Source of the DNA: Eledone cirrhosa
Lineage: Eukaryota
Assembly (NCBI GenBank): GCA_964016885.1
Contig: OZ024757.1
Location: 4,898,001-4,962,000, forward strand
Reading direction: 5' to 3'
Length of the DNA: 64,000 nt
Positions 1 to 14,236 of this stretch are shown piece after piece. The translations under genes and the position numbers were made by a program. How positions within the stretch are numbered: the first letter of the stretch is position 1; every line of letters starts with the position of its first letter. The notes under the pieces were generated by a model. The model searched no databases. It had not been told where the DNA came from and worked only from the letters and a program-made list of their open reading frames with translations.

Positions 1-88
1 AACGGAACAGTGATATGGAAATAAAGGATTGAGAAGGTTGACGACTGATGTCACCTTCTTTCTGACAGCTAATACCACGACAGTGCCC
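1..88. mobile_element. Right end of a fold-back MITE (same family as 52873-53493)
   Basis: 10-88 matches 53405-53493 (gtgata.ggaaataaaggattgagaaggttgacga...ctgacagctaatacca.gaca.tgcc) and is the reverse complement of 52873-52950. Confidence 0.75.
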
Positions 89-94
89 TTTATT

Positions 95-1131
95 TCGATC
101 TCTTACATTAAAATGTTGACTGAGGGTGACAACTGTTTCTTGTTTGAGGTTGTTCCAGTGGTTGAAATATAGACGGAGGTAATTTAAATAATAAAGACAG
201 TCATAACAATATATTTTATATCACATGTAACAGTGGAATCTGATGATTGAAAAATATCACATCAACATTTCAGTTTGGAAGTGTTTTTTCTATCTATAAA
301 AGTGGAGGAAGAAATATATTTTTCTAATGTTGTTATATATATTTTCACTTGTATATAATTACTGGGTCGTTGTACGGTTCACATAATTATATTATTTACA
401 CACATTAATATAGACATTAAGTAAATCTTTGTCAACTTACCTCCTTCACATATAATCAATGTGTTGTGTTGTTAGTTGTTACTAAACAACCAAAAAAATA
501 ATCTCTTTGTTATCAAATTAGAAGTTTCAATGTTATCAGCTTTATTTCACGACATTAACGTTGGTGTATCTTCTTCATCTTTAGTCATAAATTGATATCT
601 TGTCAGAATGAAGTAGTGAGGCTGACTTTATGTCTTTAGCTACAGATTTGATAGGAAATATATATATATTAGGTTGATATGTGGTCTAAAATATATATAT
701 TGTCTATAAATGACTGATAGCAGATGTTCTGGTGAAATAGTAGTTTTACTACTACAGATTGTAATGGAACTCTTAGTAGACACAATTGTAAAGTAAGAAT
801 AGATATGACAGTGTAAGACTGATGTCGGGGAATTAAAATTGTGTGTATATATATATATATAATTGTTACACAAGATATAATTAGATTAATTAAAGTTATA
901 ATGAAGACAGCAGGTACTCGGGTGTCGTTGGGAATGTATCAACTCTCGTACCGGTGTCATACGTTAAAAGTCCCTGATATAATTTAATACCTTCAAACAC
1001 AGTTCCAATCGTATTTAATTGATTGTAAATCAGAAAGTATCACTCAGTAAAGTATCAATTATATATCAATAAGAAAACCTCTACGTAGTCTCTCTAACTG
1101 CTAGAAATAGCAGCGACATTATCCATTACAA
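95..1131 (-). promoter_or_regulatory. Putative promoter/non-coding first-exon module of a C2H2-ZNF gene, copy 1 (its gene probably lies left of the window)
   Basis: Near-identical to 19413-20340 and partly to 54370-54922. Strong minus-strand donor GAG|GTAAGT (GT at 440-439). Function inferred from position relative to the ZNF exons. Confidence 0.5.
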
Positions 1132-1903
1132 CTGCTCTCTCTCTCTCTATATATATATACACACACACACATATATGTACGTATGTGTATATATGGGTAT
1201 GAATGAGTGTGTATGTGTACATAGGGTTTTGGTATATGTACGTTTGGTGAACATATGTGTATTTACCTGTAGGTATGTGTGAGTGTACGTTCTATACGCA
1301 TTTATGCGTGTATATTTATATGTGTATATATAATTATATGTATACACACAAACATATATTTATATGTGTATTTGGTATATATGTCCGTACGTGTGCGGGT
1401 ATATGTGTCGCGCCGGTTTACGTATGTGTGTGCGTGTTTATGTGTACGTGCATGTATATGCATACATGCCGTGTGTTTTTGTATATACACGTGTATAAAT
1501 GTGTGTATGTATATATTTAATTATTATTAGTTTTATGATTTTAATAACCTCTGTCATTTTCGTTCAACTAATTTATTTACATTATTCTGAACTCCGAAGC
1601 CGAGAATCATTCAGTTTCCTAAATAGTATATTAGTCTACGCCTCCATTTATACCATAAACGTGGTTTTGTCTTTACGTGTAATTGTTGTCACCTCTCCAC
1701 ATAACGACGTATTATCTTCGCTTTTTTCCGTTCATTGCCAGGAAACGTCTTCACGAACCAAAGTATCGTCTTCCTGTTTTCCTTCGGTTGCAAAGTTTTT
1801 CGAAATATTTACTTTTTCGGTCATGGATTGATTTTTTTTTTAGTTTCAGAAGATCCCGTTAAGGGGGAAAGCAGCGATTCTTTGCTTAAACTTTAATCTG
1901 TTA

Positions 1904-1958
<55 letters not shown>

Positions 1959-2200
1959 GGTTTGGGATGCTTAAAGCGTCCATATGCAGTAGGCCGTTTG
2001 AGCACTCGATGCTCTCATAGAGCAGAGTATATCACAGAAAAAGTGAGAATCAGTGTTGCGATGAGTGGAATTTAGTGGACATATTACAATCGTTTCTCTG
2101 GCGACCAGCTCTGGGTACAATCGATGTGATGATCGAACCTGAAAATCTCAAGGTTCTCTGATACGTCTTGATTCTATTTGAAAGGATGATGGATTTCACA

Positions 2201-5200
2201 CATGGTCAGGTCACCAGTTGGTGCTACTGGTAACATGTATCCCAGTACAACCTGTCTCATGGTCGGGTCGTTGGCGACTAAACTGGCAACCCCACCAAGG
2301 TTTCTTGGTGAGGAGGGTGACTTTGGACATCCTGCAGGACTATAAATAAAACCTGTCGAAGGGCAAAGGAACTCCTGGGAGCTCTTGGAGTCAATGGCCA
2401 TCCAAAACCACCACGGCCCGCCGAAAAGTCAACTTCCTGCTACTAGTATGCTGGTAAGCTAGTACAACGTATCTCCAGACGGATAGAGTGGGTCCGTAGC
2501 TTTGGTTAGCGACTACTCTAGTGCTTGCAACACGAACAATTAGGGCGAGGGTATAAATACCAGGTTGGTATCTGGTGCCGGGTAACCCACCACACGGAGG
2601 AGAAAGCACCTTCTTCAAGACTTGGCTGTCAAATTCTTTCCATGTGTGTAGTAGTGGCGCCCACACACATTATTAGCTATTTGAAAAGATGATGGATTTC
2701 ACAATTAACTGCACCAGGGTTCCTGTTCCTCAGGGAACCACACTATATGGTATACCTGTTGATATAGGTCCAGCGCCTGCATTCCCAGGTCCTGTTTCTG
2801 ATCATAATGCACCTACAAAGGCATCGAATGATGATGAATCCTCAAATCTCAAGGGGCGGGGTTCATCTGATGGAGAAGAAACAGGTCCTAACCAAACAAC
2901 AAGCAAATCTCGCTTAGTTAGCTGTAAAAAGCAAATAATAGTTGCTCCTTGAACACCAGAACCCTCCTTCCAACAGGTAGACTCCAGGAGCTGGCAGAGA
3001 ATGCCAAACTTCAGAACATTGACATCCTTGCGCTCCAAGAACACCGCTTTTTCCACCCAAAGGATGATCTCAAGTATCACACCCTAGGATCCTACCAACT
3101 TGTCACCTCTTCAGCCACCAAGAACCCTGTCAATGCCTCCGTCGGAGGAGTCGGCTGCCTTCTCTCATCTAAAGCCAGCAATAATCTTCTGGGGATTGAA
3201 ACAATCTCTCCCAGAATCTTGGTGCTTACACTAGAGGGCAATCCTAGAACCACTGAGATATGTGTATACAGTCCTCACGACGCCTCTCCTGAGGATGAGG
3301 TAAGAGAATTCTACACGACCCTTCGCACAGTTGTTGAGCAAGTAGCCTTACACAACTTTCTTATCATCGCTGGAGACCTCAACGCTCAACTTGGCCTGGA
3401 TGAAGTAAAGTTCACATACAATAGGGTTACTAACCGAAACGGGGAATATCTCAAGGACTTCATGGAAGAATTCAGTCTATTCAGCTCAAACAACAGCTTC
3501 ATGAAGACCAGAGGCCGGCTTTAGACCTTCGAATACCCAAACCAAAAACGAGCTCAGATTGACTATTTGATATTTCGCAAGAAATGGAGAAACTCAATCA
3601 AAGATTCTAGATCTTATTCCTCCTTTAGCTCTGTTGGCTCAGATCATCGAGTCATCTTCGCAACAATCAAACTTAGCCTAGGATATCCAAGAGGGCCGAA
3701 CCTCACCCCATGAAAAGAATAGACTGGAAAGCCGTTTCTTCCAACAAACAACTATCCAATAGCTTCACGCTTCAAGTCTATAACAGATTTCAATCTCTCT
3801 CAACTTCTGACATCAATGACGATAATATTGAGGATGTGTATGACTGTCTTAAGCAATCAACAGAGGAAGTTGCACTTGCCACCCTACCTAAAAAGAAAAA
3901 CCGAAGCCAAATGAAACCGAGTGCCCCAGAGAAGGTAGTTGAGGCAAGGGCCCATCTTAGGTCAATATCCCAATCTCACCATCAATCACCATCTCAAGGG
4001 GAAAAGATACAGCTTATCATGGCCAAAAAATCACTAGACGACGCTTATCTTAATGCTGAAGCCAACTATATCTCAGGTAGGATTGATCAGCTATCGTAAC
4101 ATCACATCAGCAAACACCATCATCTTGCTTGGAAGGTTGTCAAAGATCTTTCAGGCAAAAACTCAAACTCTGCAGTTAGAATCAAGGGAGGCTCTGCCAA
4201 AAAACGTCTTGAAAATTGGTCTGCTCATTTTAAAAACCTTCTAGGGAAAAAGGCCAGACTCCCTGATAACTATCAACTGCCATCCGTTCAGGTTTCAGAG
4301 CCTTTAGGAATCAACACCTCTCCTTTCACCATGCCTGAGCTCAAAGAAGCCATCAAACAGCTCAAAGCCTCAAAAGCCTTTGGGCCGGATAATATACCTA
4401 CCCTGATTTGGAAGGATGAGCATTTCCACATCCTTTTGCTCAACTTTCGAGATACTTTCGAGACCAATAAATCACCTAGCGTCTGGTATGCAGCTCAAAT
4501 TATCCCCATGCCCCAAAAAGGAGATCTTTCTTTAGCCACCAACTATAGAGGAATTTCTCTCATGGCAATTGCTGCAAAAATATACAACAAGCTTCTTCTT
4601 AACCGCTTAATCCCATTTCTTGAGCCAATCCTTCGTAACAACCAGAATGGATTTAGGAGAGGTAGATCAACACTTAGCCAGATTCTCTGCCTTCGCCGAC
4701 TTATAGAGGAGTCCCAAAACCGCAATCTAGACCTTGCACTCATCTTTGTTGATTTTTCAAAAGCCTTCGACTCAGTTGACAGGTTGGGGATGTTTGAAAT
4801 TCTACAACTCTATGGGATTCCTGATAAAATCATCGCGGCCATATGTGTAATGTATACAGATACCAAATCAACTGTCCTGACCCCAGATGGGGAAACACCA
4901 CCTTTCTCAATCCTCGCTGGAATTTTACAGGGCAATACCCTTGCTCCGTATCTATTTATCATTGTTGTGGATTATGTTTTGCGCATGTCTGTGGATAGGA
5001 TTCAGGATAGGGGATACCAACTACAGCCTAGGAGAAGCTCACGCTACCCAGCAAAATACTTGACCGACACCGACTTTGCTGACGACATCGCATTGATCAG
5101 TCGGTCACTGGAAAATGCTGAGAGTCTTTTGAAGTCATTAGAGCAAGCGTCCAACTGTGTTGGACTGTACCTCAACGAATCCAAGACTGAGTATGTGAAC

Positions 5201-5722
5201 AGATGCGCAAACAACCCAAACTACCCCATCAGAACCCTTAATGGTACCACCCTTAAGCAGGTGGAAGATTACAAGTATCTTGGCTCATATATCTCCTCCT
5301 CCAAAAAAGATTTTCTAACCAGGAAGGGTATGGCATGGTCAGCGTGCAATGACATGCATGCCATATGGACATCTCAACTTACCAAGAAGCTAAAACTGGA
5401 AATATTCCAAGCAACCCTTTAGCCCATATTACTTTATGGATCCGAAACTTGGACACTAACATCACAACTTGAGAGGAGATTGGATAATCCCGGAGAGCTC
5501 AATTTGCTGGCCACTGTCACCGTGCCAGCAATGAAATCATATCCGCTCTCTTGCTCTGGAACCCTGACTCCAGCCTGACTAGGAGTAGGAAGCTGTCATT
5601 CCCTGACGTTATCTCTAGGGATACGGGAATCAGCAGACAGGACCTGGGGGCAGGGGATTCTGGGGCATGAGAGTGAGATGCATCATCTCGACAGTAGTCG
5701 ACGAGTGATGATGTGTGATGAT
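2201..5722 (+). mobile_element. Near full-length, inactivated RTE/RTE-X-type non-LTR retrotransposon (APE endonuclease + reverse transcriptase)
   Basis: EN motifs (LNTRTL, DILALQE, IAGDLNA, SDHR region) at 2949-3660. RT motifs (QNGFRRGRST, FVDFSKAFDSV, GILQG, FADDIAL, YKYLG) at 4331-5422. Broken by frameshifts (~2948, ~3680), stops at 3522, 4097 and 5420, and a deletion near 5485. Short (GAT)-like tail. Confidence 0.9.
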
Positions 5723-6559
5723 ATATATACATATATCTGAAGGGCGGTGCCCCAGCATGGCCTCAGCCAGATAGCTGGAACACGTAAAAGAGTAAAAGAA
5801 TATAATACATACGTGTATATTCCTCTATTGTATTTATCCTCATCACAATTTAAACTCCAATTTACATGCTAGCATGGGTCAGACGAGTTGTCCTATTGTG
5901 TGAAAACTTAGATCAAATAACCCTGTCTTGCTCATGCAAGAAGCATTTCTGGTTGGATTGTACGGCAGGATGCCCTTCCTAACTCCAACCACATTTACAG
6001 GGTGGACTTGGTATTTATTGTTGTGTTGCTAACATGACCAACCTACAGGGTGAACTGGGTGCTTTTTGCTGCTCTTTGTCATGTCACCAATTTGAAGGGT
6101 GGTTCGGGTCCCTTCAATCTTGCCACTAGCATGACTACTTTACAGGGTGGGCTAGAGGCCTCCTGTCATGTCTACATCACTGGGTGAACTAGGTGCTTAT
6201 TTGTCATGTCACCAGCATGACTACCTTGCAAGGAGGGTTAGGTGCTCTTTTGTCATATTACCTAACAGAGAGGACTCTGTGTTCTTTTGTCATGACACTT
6301 GCATGACCACATTACAGGAGTGTCTGAGGGCTTTTAGCCATTTAAGCAGCATTGGGGGAGAGCATGTTAAGCTTTCCATACTTGTATACATGGGTTGGTC
6401 AAGAAAGATGTATCGGATGTGAAAGTGGGGGTGGGGCTGTGTGTATGTAGGGTGGAGATTGGAGAGGTAGGTCAGGGAGGTGTACTTAGCTGGTAAGGGG
6501 GTGGAGTGTTAAGATGTGGGGAGGAGGAAAATTAGAGCATACTTCAAACCACTAAATGT

Positions 6560-7260
6560 TGCTTCATCCCGTGGACATGGGAATGCAGGTCTCCTGCAGT
6601 ACTGTACAATGCCAGAGATTTCAATCCTGTGTCATCACCTTTGAGAGGTACAATGGTGTCAGGTCAGTTTTTACCTCCTCATCCCAAGCTTTCCTAGGTC
6701 TTCTTCTTCCATCAATTTCAAGCAGTCAACCTTTTATACAGCATCTCTACCTTCATACACATCACATGCCTATACCACAGCAATCTCCTCTCCTGTATAC
6801 TGTATCTTATCCCTCTCATGCCCAGGTTTTCTCTCAGATTATTTACACTTTGCTCTTCATCTATATTAATATTACACATCCATTGGAGAATTCAAGCTTC
6901 ATTTCTATCCAATCTTCTGAGGTCCTCTGCACACAGCACCCACATCTCACTGCAATGCAGCATTGCTGTTCATATGCACACATCAATTTGGGTGAAAGAA
7001 CCTATTGTAGCTAGCAGTAGTAGTAGCACCATAAACCTTTGCCATCTTGTTCTTACTCTGGTTACTGTACATTCAGAACACCTATCTCCACTGCTAATTT
7101 GATCCCCAGGTAACTGAAACTGTCAACTGTTTCTACAGAATCCTTTAAATATTTGATAGAATAAAAGCGATTGTTACTGTTCCAGTGCAATGACCCCATG
7201 TAAAGCCTACCTTCTTAGCTAACTTACCTTGTATCCCACTAAACCTCTTGTGTACCCATA
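6560..7260 (-). mobile_element. Degenerate RTE LINE 3' fragment
   Basis: Antisense similarity to the RT C-terminus of the 40327-42765 element (WVHKR, YLGDQIS, AMLH, LDRNEA, RKAWDE-like segments). Confidence 0.75.
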
Positions 7261-7640
7261 GGCTCTTTAGTGTAAATAATGTTTCATACACATGTATGTG
7301 TGACCACTGGTTTCTGAGTCCACTTATGGCCACCACTGTTTAATGGGGGGAGGCACTTCCAAACAGATCCTTCATTGGGCACGCTGACAAATATTAAAAT
7401 GAAGTGCTTTCCTCCAACAATTTTCACCTCAAACAGAGGAGAGTTTCATTATGTTAAAAAGGGAGGTAAATCATTAGCAGTGGAATTGTCAGGATTAATT
7501 ATATATGTAATTAGACATACATAGAATTGGTTGATTGCTTTTACAATCTAGTTGACTTAATTAGCAGTGGAGGGGGCTGCTCTGAAAGATGAATAGCTAG
7601 AATAAGGATAGGATGGAAAAAGTTTAGAGAGCTACTGCAA

Positions 7641-7673
<33 letters not shown>

Positions 7674-7878
7674 TTTACGTCCACTTTTCCCTGCTTGCAA
7701 GGGTGGGACGGGAACTGATTCTGGCTAGATTTCTACAGCTGGATGCCCTTCCTAACACCAACCTCATTTACAGTGAGTGATGGGTGCTTTTTTGCCGTGG
7801 CACCTCCACGTCCACTTTGCAGTGGAATGATAGGGACACCAGTCCCTATCATCTCATTTCTACAGCTGAGTAAACTTT
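7641..7878 (-). mobile_element. 3' part of tRNA/CORE-type SINE with RTE-derived tail
   Basis: (CAT)n + ttttacgtccacttttccctgcttgcaagggtgggac...; reverse complement of 59545-59771. Confidence 0.8.
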
Positions 7879-7879
7879 G

Positions 7880-8375
7880 CAACAGTTGACCACAAAAGGT
7901 TTCTCTCTGTACAAAAGGACAACAGTATGACACATGAGGGTGATGTGCAATGATGCATGGTAACGAAACAAGGGCTGTGACTGCAGAGGGTATGTAGACT
8001 GGAGAGAAATGCAACAACCATGGTTTGTAGGATATGTTATGTAAGTGTAAGAGAAAGGCAGAGCTTGGACGAGTACAAGAAGAAGCTGGGTTAAAGAGTG
8101 ACCTGAAGTGGTGTGTAAGAGAGAACACTGTGTTTGTACGGACATGTGATGCACATGGATAATGACCGCTGGGTGATGAAGTGGCAGGAAATCCCAGTGG
8201 AAGGAAGCCATAGTAGAGGTAGACCAAAAAAGAGATGGACAGAGACTGCAAAGAACTGACTCTCACAGAGGAGATGACACAGGAACACGACAAGTGGAAA
8301 GATGCCATGTTGAGAAGGACCTGTCCAACCCAAGCAAGCATTGACTAATGGACATAAAAACAGTGATGATGTTGA
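7880..8375 (+). mobile_element. Degenerate RTE 3' fragment, part of the ZNF-associated duplicated block
   Basis: Homologous to 58920-59365 and to RTE C-termini elsewhere in the window. Confidence 0.7.
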
Positions 8376-8665
8376 CAAAGATGACATACTCATACACATA
8401 TATATACACAAATAAATCAAATACAGATATACACATACTTATATACAAACACAGATACAAACATACTTGAACACAAATTTCTACACACATACATTCACAT
8501 ATATATAGTGTACGTAAATTCTGAACAATACAGTTTTGTCAGCACAAGTCTTGGTTACAACTTCTACAAATAAATTGAAAGGAGAATAATTTCTTAGTAA
8601 AACAGTTTTATTCAAAATATTAACAACATTGGTGGCACTATTTTAGGTGAGTGATATGGTTTTTA

Positions 8666-8767
<102 letters not shown>

Positions 8768-8966
8768 CTAGTGAAGCCACAACATTTAGAGAATGATGTA
8801 CCAAATATATCAAAGTGATATGGCTTCCCAGCTGTATGTATATGTTTACGTGTAGTTAATGTAACATTCAAAGAGAATGATTTCCCTCAGATATCACAAT
8901 GATATGTATTTGTATTCTCATTAATTCACAAATTAGAGGGAATGATTTATTACTGATGTTAATGTG

Positions 8967-9452
<486 letters not shown>

Positions 9453-10289
9453 TTATATTCCTTAAAAATATATCTTCTATATTTCCCTCAACTATATTTC
9501 AGTTAATATCTGAAGATAATACAAATTTCTTTTTCATCCAAGTTTAGTTAAAATACAAAATCATCTCATAGTGAAGAAAATAAACTGAGTTTTGAGGAAA
9601 TATTTCACAGTAATTCAACGACAGATTTATATAAACAGTGTTATATAAGTTCTGTTTTAGTCTTCAAATGATGATAAATATAGGTGATGTATCCAAGATT
9701 GAAAATAATAACTTATCCCAATGTCATCTGATATTCTGAAATAAGAAAGAAACAGTATGAGATAATACAGAATACTTTAGAAGTAGAGATAGATTTAACA
9801 GTGGAAATGTTATATTTCTATATTGGTAAACTGTAGATATCAACTTTCTGTCCAGAGTTATTCTCTCCAATGTAAGCAGTAGTATTCCAGCATGCTATAT
9901 AAATTATATCCTTCTATCTCTTCAGGGGTCTGCTCTATGGCAGTTTAGCAAACAATTAATTCTTATAGGACTTATAAGAAACAGTATGAGATAATAGAGA
10001 ATACTTAAAATACAGTGATAGATTTAACAGTGGAAATATTACATGTCTAGCACGTTTCCCAGTGTCGAAGACATTACTTTTTCTCTAATATAAGTCTCAA
10101 AAATCTACCATATGTCCTGGAGGCCGAAGGTTGTTTATTATTTTTCTTCAAAAATTAGTCGTCTTCGGCGCCAGTAAATACGGTACATTGGTAAACTGTA
10201 GAAATACACCTGTGTGATGTTTATTTATATAAACCAAGGCTATATATATGTCAAACTACAGCTGCACCATGACTATAGTGGTGTCATCT

Positions 10290-10630
10290 AGTACAGGGCC
10301 CCAAAACTGTGGTAACCTTGTGAGATGGGTTTTGCTCAGCCGACCGGCTACCCCTCGACATAGTGGTGCCACCCCGTACCAGTCGCCAAAACTATGGTAA
10401 CCTTGTGAGATGTGTTTTGCTCCGCCGACTGGCTACCCTCCCCATAGTGGCGCAGCCAACTGCCCAGCCATTCTCCTATCTGTACCATCCAGTACCAGGC
10501 CCCAAAACTATGGTAACCTTGTGAGATGGGTTTGGTGCAGCTGACTGGCCACCCCTCCTCATAGTGGTGCCACCCAGTACCAGGCTCCAAAATTAAAGTT
10601 CCACTCTGAGATGGGTTCAGTGCAGCCAAC
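10290..10630. repeat. Diverged ~90-bp tandem repeat (~4 copies)
   Basis: Recurring ccagtaccaggccccaaaactatggtaaccttgtgagatgggt...cccctc..catagtggtgcc. Confidence 0.7.
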
Positions 10631-11321
10631 CGGCCTGTCCCTCCTCATAACAGAGCCATCCAGTTCCACACTGTAAACATGGTTGGTGTTAGGAAGGGGA
10701 TCCAGCTGTAAAATACCCGACCAAATTTACAGACCTCGCCTGAGCAAGGTGTGACACATGGCCAACCGTGGCCAGACTTGCCTCCTGGCGTGGAGGACCC
10801 GTCTAACCCATGCCAGAATGGAAAAATGGACACTAAATGGTGATGACACAGACATATATATATACCACCCAAAATGGACGTGTAAAAGACACAGCAAAAA
10901 GTACCCACCCCACACTGTAAAGTGGACGTGTAAAAGACAGCAAAAAGCACCCAGCCGACAATGTTGTTGGCGTTAGGAAGGGCATCCTGCCATAGAAAGC
11001 TAGGCAGAAACACCCCTATATGAGTGAGACACGGTCACCTGATCCAACTTGCCTCTATATGGGACCCGTCTAACCCATGCTAGCGTGGAAGATGGAGGTT
11101 AATTGATGATGATATATAATAAAATGTTGTAGTTTGTTTGAAGCATTCTATATAAAATATAACGTTGAAAGAGATAGAACGCTAAACAAGGCAAAATGGA
11201 CTGTAAGATGAGGTAAGAAAAAGTAAAAGTTACCTGGTAATCTTTGTTTTGCTTTTTGTTTTTGTTCTTCTTTTATCTGTCCAATATTTCGGGACATAAA
11301 AGTCCTTTCTTCAGGGTTTAA

Positions 11322-13175
11322 CCCTTTAGCATTTATATTACTCTATATATACTATTATATTTTCACAGTAAAGTCTTTACCTCACATAACATTTACATTA
11401 CTCTATATATACTATTATATTTCCATGGTAAAGTCTTTACCTCACATAACATTACTCTATATATACTATTGTATTTCCATGGTAAAGACCTTTACCTCAC
11501 ATAACATTTACATTACTCTATATATACTATTGTATTTCCACAGTAAAGTCTTTACCTCACATAACATTTACATTACTCTATATATACTATTATATTTCCA
11601 TGGTAAAGTCTTTACCTCACATAACATTACTCTATATATACTATTGTATTTCCATGGTAATGTCTTTATCTCACATAACATTTACATTACTCTATATATA
11701 CTATTGTATTTCCATGGTAAAGTCTTTACCTCACATAACATTACTCTATATATACTATTGTATTTCCATGGTAATGTCTTTATCTCACATAACATTTACA
11801 TTACTCTATATATACTATTGTATTTCCAAGGTAAAGTCTTTATCTCACATAACATTTACATTGCTCTATATATACTATTATATTTCCATGGTAAAGTCTT
11901 TATCTCACATAACATTTACATTACTCTATATATACTATTGTATTTCCATGGTAAAGTCTTTACCTCACATAACATTTACATTACTCTATATATACTATTG
12001 TATTTCCATGGTAAAGTCTTTACCTCACATAACATTTACATTACTCTATATATACTATTATATTTCCATGGTAATGTCTTTACCTCACATAACATTTACA
12101 TTACTCTATATATACTATTATATTTCCATGGTAAAGTCTTTACCTCACATAACATTTACACTACTCTATATATACTATTGTATTTCCATGGTAAAGTCTT
12201 TACTTCACATAACATTTACATTACTCTATATATACTATTGTATTTCCATGGTAAAGTCTATACCTCACATAACATTTACATTACTCTATATATACTATTG
12301 TATTTCCATGGTAAAGTCTTTATCTCACATAACATTTACATTACTCTATATATACTATTGTATTTCCATGGTAAAGTCTTTACCTCACATAACATTTACA
12401 CTACTCTATATATACTATTATATTTCCCTGGTAAAGTCTTTACCTCACATAACATTTACATTACTCTATATATACTATTATATTTCCCTGGTAAAGTCTT
12501 TACCTCACATAACATTTACATTACTCTATATATACTATTATATTTCCATGGTAAAGTCTTTATCTCACATAACATTTACATTACTCTATATATACTATTA
12601 TATTTGCATGGTAAAGTCTTTATCTCACATAACATTTACATTACTCTATATATACTATTATATTTCCATGGTAAAGTCTTTACCTCACATAACATTTACA
12701 TTACTCTATATATACTATTGTATTTCCGTGGTAAAGTCTTTACCTCACATAACATTTACATTACTCTATATATACTATTGTATTTCCATGGTAAAGTCTT
12801 TACCTCACATAACATTTACATTACTTTATATATACTATTATATTTCCATGGTAAAGTCTTTACCTCACATAACATTTACATTACTCTATATATACTATTA
12901 TATTTCCATGGTAAAGTCTTTACCTCACATAACATTTACATTACTCTATATATACTATTGTATTTCCATGGTAAAGTCTTTACCTCACATAACATTTATA
13001 CTACTCTATATATACTATTGTATTTCCATGGTAAAGCCTTTACCTCACATAATATCGAATCTATGAGATTTTGATATTATTTATATTGAGAACAATACCT
13101 TAATATCAGTAAGAGTGGCTAGTGGTTTGAACAGAAAAAGGGGACAGAATTCTGTCCGGTTTAAATGTGAAAGAG
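11322..13175. mobile_element. piggyBac-like MITE carrying an internal 60-bp satellite
   Basis: TTAA at 11318-11321 and 13176-13179 flank imperfect TIRs CCCTTTAGCATTTA / TAAATGTGAAAGAG. Confidence 0.6.
11330..13052. repeat. 60-bp tandem satellite, ~29 copies
   Basis: Unit ccatggtaaagtctttacctcacataacatttacattactctatatatactatt(a/g)tattt; rows 11761-13021 are visibly in register. Confidence 0.97.
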
Positions 13176-13278
13176 TTAAGCAACTTTCAGTGGATAATGT
13201 TCCAATTTCCTCTCTTTGGGATTAAATTTTCATTTTGATCAAAATCTTTTCTAAGTCGTTTTCAAGCATTTTATAAAA

Positions 13279-13965
13279 TTGATGGAAGCTGTGAAGTAGG
13301 AAGACCTGGAATGAGGTGATAAAAGCTGACCTCACACAATTGATGGAAGATGTGAAGTAGGGAGACCTGGGATGAGGTGATAAAAGCTGACCTCACACGA
13401 TTGATGGAAGCTGTGAAGTAGGGAGACCTGGGATGAGGTGATAATAGCTGACCTCACACAATTGATGGAAGCTATGGAGTAGGAAGACCTGGGATGAGGT
13501 GATAAAAGCTGACCTCACACAATTGATGGGAGCTATGGAGTAGGAAGACCTAGTTTGAAGTGATAAAAGCTGACCTCACATAATTGATGGGAGCTGTGAA
13601 GTAGGAAGACCTGGGATGAGGTGATAAAAGCTGACCTCACATAATTGATGGGAGCTGTGAAGTAGGAAGACCTAGTTTGAAGTGATAAAAACTGACCTCA
13701 CACAATTGATGGAAGCTGTGAAGTAGGAAGACCTGGGATGAGGTGATAAAAGCTGACCTCACATAATTGATGGGAGCTGTGAAGTAGGAAGACCTAGTTT
13801 GAAGTGATAAAAACTGACCTCACACAATTGATGGAAGCTATAGAGAAGGAAGACCTGGGATGAGGTGATAAAAGCTGACCTGACACGATTGCACTTCTCA
13901 AAGACAATGACACAGGATTGAGATATTTGGTGTTATACAGTTATATAGAAGACCAGCCATCCCTA
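13279..13965 (+). repeat. 61-bp minisatellite (~10 copies) derived from the RTE ORF C-terminus, running into the RTE 3' end
   Basis: Unit gatggaagctgtgaagtaggaagacctgggatgaggtgataaaagctgacctcacacaatt matches 17805-17875 (DGSHGVGR..KTWDEVMKADLTQL). Confidence 0.9.
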
Positions 13966-14236
13966 GCATTGGTATCAATGACTCCCACATGGACATCAAT
14001 ACACATCTATATATACACACATTACTATATACACACCTAATATATCAAAGAACCCCATCGATCACGAATGACCATATTATTTGCAACTAGAAAGTTCCCC
14101 TCTGAGGCACAAGTCTGGTTGTTTGAGGAAGACCAGCAGTCACCCAAGTATACCAGTCTACCCTCTCCATGCCACAGATGTTGTCCAAGGGAAAGGTAAT
14201 GGCTGATACAGCTTGGAACATCACTACATATATATA

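Noticed and set aside
640-873. 77-aa ORF conserved in three copies (also 19854 and 54604)
   Set aside because: No ATG at the predicted start and it spans a TA microsatellite; conservation is explained by recent DNA duplication.
11279-11320. Minus-strand hammerhead-like CUGAAGA-stem-GAAA
   Set aside because: Stem I has only 2 bp because the TTAA element abuts it; at most a relic.
11425-13074. 549-aa and 488-aa ORFs
   Set aside because: Translations of a stop-free 60-bp satellite; no domain or gene context.
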